A DNA stretch of 64,000 bases, from NCBI GenBank assembly GCA_002269645.1, contig NIVC01002041.1, positions 113,804 through 177,803 of the forward strand. Reading direction: 5' to 3'. The first letter of the stretch is position 1. Each line of letters starts with the position of its first letter. The notes under the pieces were generated by a model. It was not told where the DNA came from. It saw only the letters and a program-made list of their open reading frames with translations, and did no database searches. Positions 48,621-64,000 of this stretch are shown piece after piece. Origin of the DNA: Macrostomum lignano (taxonomy: Eukaryota). The position numbers and the translations under genes are program-made.

Positions 48621-50403
48621 ATGGTAAAGATTTTTGTCGGCAACATTCACGACCCGGCGCCGGACTTTGAGACTCAGCTGCGCTGCGCCTTTGAAAAATT
48701 TGGCACAGTCACCGACTGCCGGCTAATATCTAATTACGCATTTGTGCACATGGAATCTGAGGACTCGGCTAGTAAAGCTATTAGCGGCCTCCACAAAACT
48801 ATGCTGGGCAATTCGCGTGTCAATGTGGAGCTTGGCAGGCCTGATAGGTGCGACTTTTACTGTACACGGTCTTGCTAAGAACACGAAACACGAGAGTCCA
48901 GAGACCCTGACGCCCCTTCGGATGCCCTGACGCCCGCCCAGAGACCCTGACGCCCCTTCGGATGCCCTGACGCCCGCCCAGAGACCCTGACGCCCCTTCA
49001 GATGCCCTGACACCCGCCCAGAGACCCTGACGCCCCTTCGGATGCCCTGACGCCCCTTCGGATGCCCTGACGCCCCTTCGGATGCCCTGACGCCCCTTCG
49101 GATGCCCTGACGCCCGCCCAGAGACCCCGACGCCCCTTCAGATACCCTGATGCCCCTTTGGATGCCCTGACGCCCCTTCGGATGCCCTGACGCCTCTTCA
49201 GATGCCCTGACGCCCCTTCGGATGCCCTGACGCCCCTTTGGATGCCCTGACGCCCCTTCGGATGCCCTGACACCCGCCCAGAGACCCTGACGCCCCTTCG
49301 GATGCCCTGACACCCGCCCAGAGACCCTGACGCCCCTTTGCATGCGTCGTCACCCGTGTCCTGAATAGCGATGAACATGTAACAATCTTTTAAAGAAATT
49401 GCAATCCCAAATTTCATTCAACAGGAACCGGAATGAACGCGGACAGACAGGCGGCGACAGAAGAGGCGGCTACCGCGGCGGCGGCGGAGGCGGTGGCATG
49501 GGCGGAGGCGGGCAGATGGCCTACATGTCCAACTTCGCTTTCCGGGGCCAGCCGTCCGGCGCTGCCGCCTTCTTCCAGCAGACCCAGCCTGGCTACGGCC
49601 TGGCAGGCTACGGATTCCAACAGCAGCAGCAGCCGTTGCTAGCCTATGGTTTGCCTCAGCGGCCGCCCAATCCGGCCGACATGATTGGCGGCACCTCGAT
49701 GGACAGCTTCGTTGCTAACGGAGGCGATGGCGGCCTCATCGACGCGTCAGCTGGCGGCCGGCAAAAACGGTTCGCGGCCGACGCGTCCGGCCTTGGCGGC
49801 CTCAGCGGTGGCGGCGGCGGCGGCGGTGGCGGACAAGCCGGCGGCGATGGAGGCAAAATGCCGCGGCTTGACTATGACCAGCAGCAGCAGCAGCAGCAAC
49901 AGGTAGCCGCCTATTATCCCGGCTATGCGGATCTGCTTACCTACGGGGGGCAGAACTACGGCTCCGCTGCTGCCATGTACGGCGGCGCCCCCGGCACCGG
50001 CGGCGGCATGGAAGCCTACGGCGGCTACGCTGGCGACGCTTACGGATACGGACAGGCCGCCGGCGCCTACAATCCGACCGCTTCCGCGGCGCCAACTTCT
50101 ATTTATGGCGGCGTCAGCTACGCGCCAAGCTCCTACGGCGCCAACGGTGCGGATTTATCGGCAGCTTATCAACAGCAGCCGCAGGCGATGCCGCAGTATT
50201 CGGCAGCGGCAGGCTTCACTAGCACCGCTACAGCATTCGCGACGCCGGCCTATTCGCACTACGGTGGCGGAAACCCCGGCGCTCAGCCTATCTATGGTGG
50301 CGCCATGTACGGCGCCGCCTCAGGAGCCGGGATGGCGCCACTGCCGCCAGCCTCAATGTCTGGCGCTGGCTATTCCGCCACTGGCTCGGTGCATCCTGGC
50401 TAA
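48621..50403 (+). CDS. RBM4/RBM14/lark-family RRM protein with a G/A/Y/Q-rich low-complexity tail, 2 exons, about 401 aa
   Basis: Exons are 48621-48847 and 49425-50403, with a phase-2 GT-AG intron. RNP2 is KIFVGNI and RNP1 is NYAFVHM. Confidence 0.85.
48897..49335. repeat. Composite intronic minisatellite (20-bp GATGCCCTGACGCCCCTTCG plus a CCCGCCCAGAGACCCTGA variant)
   Basis: Directly visible. It accounts for the ORFs 48723-49343 and 48998-49417. Confidence 0.92.
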
Positions 50404-50974
50404 TATAGAGAATGAGTAACATTTACTAACGGATGGAGAACAAAACTTTTTTTCTACCGCATGAAAACAGCATCGTGTGTGCGTTTGTAGTAACCAAAAT
50501 CGCAGCGTGAGCAAATGACAGACAGTCTCACTGCCCCATCAGCGACCGCTGCACGTAAATAAAGTACATTTGATTTTTTCGGCTTTTAGCGGAGCTTCAT
50601 ATGATAGATTAAACTGTTATATCTGAATAAATTTCCCTCATCTAATAAATCGATTTTCCGGCTAACGCAGTTTCATCTGTCTGTTGCGGCTCCGCTAAAG
50701 TGTCCACTATATCGTCGTTTTGTCTTGTTGTGCCCCCTTCGGGTGTGTTCTGTGTGTGGTTTTTTATGTAATAATTAATCTAAATTAAATGTCATTTTAA
50801 GTTTTTTCGTCCATCCATTTCACTGCACGGTATTTTTTCCTGTCTTCTTGAATTTTTTATCTTCTTTTTTGGGTCCTCGAGTCTCCCCAGTAACTAATTG
50901 AGTTGTTGTCAAAGCTTTGCTAGGATTGTTTTAATATCATCGTGTTACCCTTTGAAAATGATACTGTAACAAGA

Positions 50975-51410
50975 AGGGCTAAAGAGTCATTGCAAACAAC
51001 TATCCAGTGACTGTGGGGCGACTCTGGTGACTTTTTAACGACTCAAAAGCGCCGGAGAGGCGACTGTTGCGTCACAAGAGCGTCACGTGAGTTGCAGAGT
51101 CGCGACGAAAATGCGCTTCAAACACGACTCAGTGACTCTACAGCGTCTCTAGCACGCCTCAAATTCGACTCTACGACCCCAAAGGGTCGCGCCAAGAGTC
51201 GTTTGAGAGTCGCAGACAGTGAAACGCTTGAAGAAAGTGACTGTTTTGCGACTCTTTGACAACTGTTTGGCGACTTGTACCGTGAAATCCCGTCGTTTTA
51301 GAGTCGTTTAGAGTCACTTCTTTCCTATTTTACCTGTGTCGTCTGCAACGACTCTTGGGGTTGACGCAAGTGACTCTGGGACGCTTCTTGGCTTAGATGC
51401 CGTTTTCATC
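50975..51410 (-). repeat. Third copy (inverted) of the GACTC/GAGTC-rich dispersed repeat
   Basis: Reverse complement of 18543-19025. Confidence 0.8.
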
Positions 51411-54400
51411 GGGTTACAGATTAACAGATTGGCGGCCTCTTTGAATTCTGCTCATTTTCCATCTCTGATCTCTGAATCTTTGCTGGCTGACCTGAGACAG
51501 GAGGCGTTTTGGCTCCTCGATAATTGCGCGACAACTAAAAACTGCGACTGCTATGCTAAAGAGAGTTGTTGCATTTTGCCAACTGTGTGCCGTCTTCTTC
51601 TTAAGCAAAATCAGGCGACGAAAGCTCGGTAAGTGAGCCCTGCATTTCTATCAAGAAGCTTTGTTTTAATGCGTAATAACAGCACTGCGTTTTTGCGCTT
51701 GTTCTAGCAGCAATCGATATCCAATCACAGATTCGAGTGCGCGGGATGCGGCTAATTCATCCATTCACCTTTCTGAAGCTTATAAAACACTGATTGAAAA
51801 CCGCATTTCTCCCTTTACTGACCCTTTTATGCCCCCCAATACTTGATGCTGTGCGCGCCGACCAATGCCCCCGGTTCCGGCTTATTCGCAAAATCAGTGC
51901 AGCTTCTTCTGGATTAATAGGATATTAGTTAATATATATTTTTAGCTGTTTTCTTTCAACACGCGTTTCTGTTCGACACGATGCTATGTTTACTAGTTAA
52001 AGAGATAGTATTAATTGTGTAAAATTTCATTGCGTTGAGACACGCTTGCAACTGGCCATCTGTGACTGAAATCGGCTATAAATCAATCAGTTGAACTCGA
52101 ACACTCTTGCGCACGCAAAAAGCAGCATTAAGTTATTATTTACTGTGTACTCTACTCTGTACTCCCCAAGCCGCGCCTTCCCTACCCGCTTTGTCATTGC
52201 AGAACTGTCATTGCGAACTATGCGTGTTAAAAATAAGATCGATGATAACTTTGCTCTGATGCGCTCATTGTGACCGCGAACTGTTGCCAATGATGCGCTG
52301 TCTGTCTGTCTGATGCATCTTTCCTGCTGGCTATATTCAAAACTCTTTCTCAATCTGCTTCTTTTGCCTGTCTATTGGCGTCTATCAGTTTCCTCACGGC
52401 ATTGCGGATCCGCTGATCGCTTCTCCCATTTCGGCTCGCAGTAGTCCCTCAGGGGTCCATTTATTATTATTATTAATATTATTATTATTATTATTATATT
52501 TAGGCTAATCGTAAGTTGTCCCTTTTTGTTTGTCTGAATGTCTGTCACTTTCGGCCATTAATTTTTCTGTTTCTTATTTTTACAAACGATAATGTTAATT
52601 TTTGTACAGCGGTTGAGATCTGCTAGGTGAATGAATGCCAATTTTATTATTGCTGTCATCCGTTGTGAATGCTTTAACCTCTCGCTTTAGTTATCTTGCA
52701 GAGTGAGCGTTAGTTTATCCCCCTCCCTATATTGCCTTGGCCGGTGACACAGATTATTGTGTTTTCTATCGTTTTTTGTCCCTGTCGTTAGAAACAGATT
52801 AAATCCAATTCAATTAGCTAGCCAATAAAATTATGAAAGCTGAGCGTGGAACCTGAGGCTTATAAGATTTAAACAAATCCTGACTTTTGTAGCCAAATAA
52901 TAATTAATAACATTAATAATAATAATAATAATAAAAATCTGATTGCTTCAGATGAGCTTCAGTTTTTTATTTTATTTATTTAAGTTTCGTTCGTTTAAAA
53001 TCATCAGAGTGAAGAAATTCAGCTTTGCACAACTCAATTGTCTCTGTGTCCGAGTACTAATTTTAGTTGTACTTTTCTGTTTTGTCCCTGCACTTTGTTA
53101 ATAATATACATATAATTGCTCTAGGCTACTTACTATCTGTTTAGCATAGTTCACTTTGTTATTTTCTGTTCTGTATTGTGAAATTCAAAATACGTATTTC
53201 TGGTTTGTACTGTCGAGTTTTAATCACACAAAAATTACTGTAGTTATTAGTGCAATAGCGGTTAGTTTTCGTACATTAATTTTATCTGGTACGGTTACAG
53301 ATCTCCTAATTTCAGCTAAATTCACAGTTTACTCGTATAAATATGATTTTTCAGTTCAGCGATGATGAATTCTCCCTTGAGCTGTAATAAAGCTTGTAAT
53401 TCCCCCATCACTTTAGCTAATCCACAGATTCTAAAATAACTAGATGGGCCACTCAGGCATATATACTTAGAAAACAGTTTTCTACTTTCAGTTCAGTAGC
53501 AAAGAAGAATACATAAGCTATTTTATAAGAATAAAGGCAGCTGAAATGACTTTGATAAGTTTAGAAGCCAAGCTTGCAGACGTAAACAACTTGCTAATTG
53601 GTTCAGCAATAATGTACATTAGCCAGTCCACTGAAATTTACATGGCAGCTTTAGGCTGGAATTCCGAGAAAGGCAATAAAAATTGGGGCGGGGCGTGGGG
53701 GGTAGTGTGGAAAGGCGCGGTTGGAGGGTTTAAGCTGGAGGGTAAGAGCCAATAAATAAGCCTTGGCTTTAAAAATACATTAAAATGCTTCTGGTTTAAC
53801 TTACTACTAAACTGAAAGTAGTTAACACGCAAATGCGCTGAGTGGCCCATCTAGTTATTCTAGTATCTTTGAGCTAATCTAGCTAATAGGACATTTTTTT
53901 CTTTTGTATAATGTTCTTATATTTGTTCAGTGTGTCTATTTTCTTACTCTATTTCATTTGTAAAGTTTCTCTCCCAGTGTAACTTCTTTATAGTTCATTT
54001 CTATATGTTTAAGTCATTGATTTCATCCCCACACAAATCATCCCGGATCCCCATATCCTAGCCAATTTTTCCACTCCCACCTGCCCAAGTCTCACATGAC
54101 TTCCCATCCAAATTCGTCTCATTTCCTTAAATTGTTGATTGATTACTTTTTTTAATAACGGTATATAAATTATAATAAAAATGCTTTCTGTTTAAACTTA
54201 CTATAACATAACAATAAAAAGGGATTTAAAATAAATTTTCACTAATATACTATTCATGTGTGCCCAAATATGAATAGACATTATGCGCGCTTCACTTTTT
54301 ATTAATCATCATTATCATCAAACTCCGAATGCACTACTGTCCTTATTATTAGTAGTATTATAAAGAGACTAGCGCTGTCCCTCAGCTGTTGAACATCGTA

Positions 54401-55101
54401 TATATAGGTTATTTTTGGCTTGCTGCTGGTGCCATGTTGAAGTTTAACATAGCTAAGCTGGGAGCTTTCCAGCTTTGAAAATTGAATCTAATCTAGGCAA
54501 GAAGTGCAATAGGGACAAAGCTTTTAATTTTATTTGTTAATTTATGGTCGCTAAATCTGCCACTGCACTGCCACTACGGCTGTACAATGCAGTGGCAAGC
54601 TCAATAAGAAGCTGGCTGTGAAGCAAGGACCACTGTAGTATAATATAGTATTATCTATAGTTTACATGTATAATTAATCGTATAATCTCCGCAGTGTATT
54701 TTTCAGGAAATTGGTCTCCTAAAAATCACACGATCTTTGAGTTTTACGTCCTGTTGTGTTATACTACAGTGGTCCTTGCTTTGAAACCCGATGAACGAGA
54801 CAACATAACGTACAAGATTTGGATGAGCCAAGTCTCGCGTATAGAGCCAAGTTGCTTCTTTGGATCTAATTACGAGCTAAATGAAAATTGATTGTAGCGG
54901 CAGAGGCTGCGACCATAGACAAATGAAATTAAAGCTTTAGTTCATCCAAGGGGCCAACCCCAAGGCACAGAGTGTTTACACGTCTGACGATTAGAAAGTC
55001 AAAGGGCCGCTGTACTTGGATGTGCCTCAGCGCTGATTGTGGGATGATGTGATGTCGCAAAAAACCACCTGCTTAGTTTGATTATGATTAAACTTGATGC
55101 G

Positions 55102-55279
55102 TTAAGCCCAAGTAGGCTGTAGAATAAAGTGTAATCAACAGTAATTAACACCCGTTATTATATTCGATTTTCTATCCTATTTTTATCAGCTTAAGCCCAA
55201 GTAGGCTGCAGAATAAAGTGTAATCAACAGTAATTAACACCCGTTATTATATTCGATTTTCTATCCTATTTTTATCAGC
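55102..55279. repeat. 89-bp tandem duplication ending in a splice acceptor
   Basis: TTAAGCCCAAGTAGGCTG...CCTATTTTTATCAGC occurs at 55102 and 55191 with one mismatch. Confidence 0.92.
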
Positions 55280-55300
55280 TTGCTCTTTTCGGACATTGAG

Positions 55301-55825
55301 ATGTCAATCAGCACTGGCTATGAGCTGGACAATCGCTTGGACGGCCTGCTAGTGCTGTATATGCAGTCCGTGTCGCAGTACCTGGCCCTGGCCAGCTCGC
55401 TGGAGGCCCGGCTGGCCAGCGGTCGGCTTGGCATCAGCAAGACCCGCTGCTCAGCGCTGCCAGCTGCTGGCAGCGGCATCGGCGGCGGCTCAGCCTGCCT
55501 TGGCCAGCTGCAGTACTGCGAGGCCGACATGTCCGCCGCGTCAGCCACTATTGAAGTTGTTGACGACGACAAGGCCGAGTGGGGCTTCGAGTGCGACAAG
55601 TTTGCGCTGTCGCACAATCCGGAATCTGGCAACCGAGCTCTGCGCTGGTTTGCCGCCCTGCCGCCGCCCAGCCTGCGGGCTGCTAGGCGCGAGTTCGAAT
55701 CTGCGCTGTCGCTGACGGTGGCTCTGGCCAATGAGAAGGCGCGAATGCAGCAATTGGATAGCGAAATTGCGACTATTAAAACTAATAATGCTATTGCGGC
55801 TAAGAAGGCGGATGCTGGGCCTTAG
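55301..55825 (+). CDS. CCDC115: CCDC115/Vma22-like V-ATPase assembly factor, single exon
   Basis: LDGLLVLYMQSVSQY...LASGRLGISKTR...LQY...M and ALRWFAALPPPSLRAARREFESALSLTVALAN follow the Vma22/CCDC115 pattern. Confidence 0.8.
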   Translation: MSISTGYELDNRLDGLLVLYMQSVSQYLALASSLEARLASGRLGISKTRCSALPAAGSGIGGGSACLGQLQYCEADMSAASATIEVVDDDKAEWGFECDKFALSHNPESGNRALRWFAALPPPSLRAARREFESALSLTVALANEKARMQQLDSEIATIKTNNAIAAKKADAGP

Positions 55826-56514
55826 CTGCTGCAACTGCAACCCTTCCCGTTCCTGGAATTTGAAATTTTGACAAATGTGCCGCTAGCAGAAAGCCGAGCA
55901 TATTCCATAGTCCAAAAAAAACCTTCAAATTTCTACTGCACTTTCACGGTTGATTTTTAATATCAATTACATTGTATCAAGCCTGAGGAACGTACGTCAA
56001 TTTTGTATCAGTATGCCTAACCCTGTTCTCCTTACTAATATTATTTATTCCATAGTTGAGCCGGTTTCTGGTATGTTAATTGGTATAGTTTTACCGATAT
56101 TATAAACTGCTTTCTAGTCCGATCCAATTGCTGTAATATAAAAATTACATAAGTAACACAGAACGCCGTGTGCGTCGCAGATGTTGTTTTTGCTAGAAGT
56201 GCACAATGTCAAGGACACAATAAAAGTCTAAGCTTAAAAGTCGTTTATTTATTAACAATAACAAGTGCTTAACAACTGCAATAAATTTATATTACGTTAC
56301 AATAAAGTAAATCTTAATTACTCGCACAGACCAGGTTAAATCACTTTTTATAAGTACAAATTTATGCACAAGTGAAACATCGCGCATTCTGGTGAATTTT
56401 GCAAGCTTTTTACTGTAGAGGGACAGCGAGACAGACTGCTTGGCAGTTTTAATTAAACTGCTGCGCTAAGACTTGAGCTATTTAGCCATTCTGGATTAAA
56501 TTCCCGTCATTAAG

Positions 56515-56860
56515 AGATAGGCCTAAGCCAATCAGACTTTACATTAGGACAGGCATTGATTTCTGGATAGTTAGGGCTGGCTTTTCAGCCAATCAGAATT
56601 TTGAACGGGCAGGCATTGATTAAGGGATAGCCAGGACTGGCTTCTCAGCCAATCAGACTTTATATAGGGACAGGCATTGATTCAGGGATAGTCAGGGCTG
56701 GCTTTTCAGCCAATCAGAATTTATAACGGGGCAGGCATTGATTAAGGGATTCCAGGACTGGCTTCTCAGCCAATCAGAATTTAGAACGGGGCAGGCATTG
56801 ATTCAATGATAGCCAGGATTGGCTTCTCAGCCAATCAGACTTTAAAATGGGGCAGGCATT
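56515..56860. repeat. About 60-bp tandem units, each containing AGCCAATCAG (CCAAT box)
   Basis: Repeated TCAGCCAATCAGA...GGGCAGGCATTGATT units are directly visible. Confidence 0.85.
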
Positions 56861-57660
56861 GACTAAGGGAAAGCTAAAGCTAATTAGCTTTGCTAATAAA
56901 TAATGTTGCATGAAAGCTTTTACAGAATTGAATACTTTATTGTGAGCCCTGTCTGCCTGCGCATAATTATTATTGCATAGCATACTCGTACATGTACAGG
57001 TATAATAAAAGCTTTCAACACAAACTACAATAGCACTATAAAAACAAAGAAATAAAGAATGATGCTCGTCACAACTTCAATATATTATATAATAGCCGCT
57101 ATGTAAACAGTATGAACCTGAACACTAGTTTAAACATTTTGTGCAGACGATTCTCAGCCAATCAGACTTTATATAGGGACAGGCATTGATTCAGGGATAG
57201 TCAGGGCTGGCTTTTCAGCCAATCAGAATTTATAACGGGGCAGGCATTGATTAAGGGATTCCAGGACTGGCTTCTCAGCCAATCAGAATTTAGAACGGGG
57301 CAGGCATTGATTCAATGATAGCCAGGATTGGCTTCTCAGCCAATCAGACTTTAAAATGGGGCAGGCATTGACTAAGGGAAAGCTAAAGCTAATTAGCTTT
57401 GCTAATAAATAATGTTGCATGAAAGCTTTTACAGAATTGAATACTTTATTGTGAGCCCTGTCTGCCTGCGCATAATTATTATTGCATAGCATACTCGTAC
57501 ATGTACAGGTATAATAAAAGCTTTCAACACAAACTACAATAGCACTATAAAAACAAAGAAATAAAGAATGATGCTCGTCACAACTTCAATATATTATATA
57601 ATAGCCGCTATGTAAACAGTATGAACCTGAACACTAGTTTAAACATTTTGTGCAGACGAT
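56643..57660. repeat. Near-exact 509-bp tandem duplication
   Basis: 56643-57151 matches 57152-57660. Identical ORFs lie at 56774-56983 and 57283-57492. Confidence 0.93.
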
Positions 57661-58741
57661 ACCAACAGAGTGATTAAACATCGTTACTAAACTGACAGAA
57701 TATAGAAATATAGAATGACAAAATTGCATACAAAAGACGAACCATCAAGTTTATTATGGAAAGAGAAATTGAGACAAGCTTGTTATATTATAGAGGAAAA
57801 TTTAACAAAGGAGACTGTACACAAAACGGCATAGCGGCTCTCACTGCACTTCCACCTTTGATACCAAAGCTAAAGCTGATAAAAAGCAACTCAAATTGAA
57901 TAAAATAAAATGAATGAAAACAGAGTACAATTAATTCAACTGACTGATTGGTTGGTAAAGTTCGAGTGCGATGGACAACAGCGGATCAGTGCAAACTGCA
58001 ATCGTTAGGAAACAGGTAAAATGAATCCAAATATTAATCAAACTAAATCAATAGATATTCTTTGCGTCCACTAATTAAATATATTCACCAATGCTAAAAT
58101 TATTATATAAGAGTATACAAAGGGGACAAAAAAGGACGACACTTTGAACCACAAAAGACCTCCTAAAACTACACCGGCAATCACCAATTAAGAAACTTGA
58201 CTTCGATAAATAATATACGAGCGTATGCATATGCCAGAATATTGGACGGGACCCTTGAATTACCTAGCTAATGCGAAACAATTGCAAGTCCTTCATCAAA
58301 GCACATCAATGCATTGATGCAGCAGCCATTAAAATAATGGGGTTGGGGCGTGACGGCAGGGTACAACGAATTGTTAATAAGTAATAATAATAATGAGCTA
58401 TGAGAAACGAACAAGTCTCCTTTGTTCAAAACACACATACAAGAGTTTCAGTTGAAACAGGAAACCAATGACCTGATCGAAATTGCATGATAAATCATTA
58501 AACAGAACACACCAAGGTAGGTAGATAGGTCTATTCACACGGAGGAGATTTACCAAAAGAGAACTGAGGACAACAACGATAAGAAAAGTAAAAACAGAAG
58601 CGACAGGCGGACAGACAATAATACGCTCGTAATAAACAATCTAGGCTTGACTGGACTGAATTAGCAACGCGACTTGAAGCAAAAAGCCAGTTTTACAATA
58701 GAGAAAAAAGCTTATTAAACAACAAACCGGCCAGCTGATCT

Positions 58742-64000
<5,259 letters not shown>

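Noticed and set aside
51553-54891. Possible 86-aa two-exon ORF (51553-51628 joined to 54707-54891)
   Set aside because: The splice sites and phase are compatible, but the product has no recognisable homology and a phase match arises by chance one time in three.

Overview
This is eukaryotic DNA with GT-AG introns, GC-rich exons and introns full of minisatellites. The style suggests a free-living flatworm such as Macrostomum, but that is inferred from composition and not proven. Six host genes can be reconstructed: a 7-exon nuclear receptor (-), IDH3B, ATP synthase delta, an RBM4/lark-like RRM protein, CCDC115/Vma22 (all +) and the 3' part of FoxK (-). The mobile elements are an intron-containing Crypton-type tyrosine recombinase (YR) gene, an intact hAT transposon (13-bp TIRs, 8-bp TSD, unlisted second exon), two mariner relics, MITEs and two tRNA-derived SINEs. 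The strongest candidate for an undescribed system is an 8.4-kb head-to-tail dimer of a Ngaro-type retrotransposon at 20866-29239. It has split direct repeats (A1-gag-RT/RNaseH-B1-A2-B2) but no YR gene. It also has a SAP-domain gag, an A-AAA-AAC -1 frameshift site at the gag stop, a variable 12-bp coding repeat between gag and RT, and an internal junction identical to the expected circle junction. All assignments come from manual reading and translation; no database searches were run.
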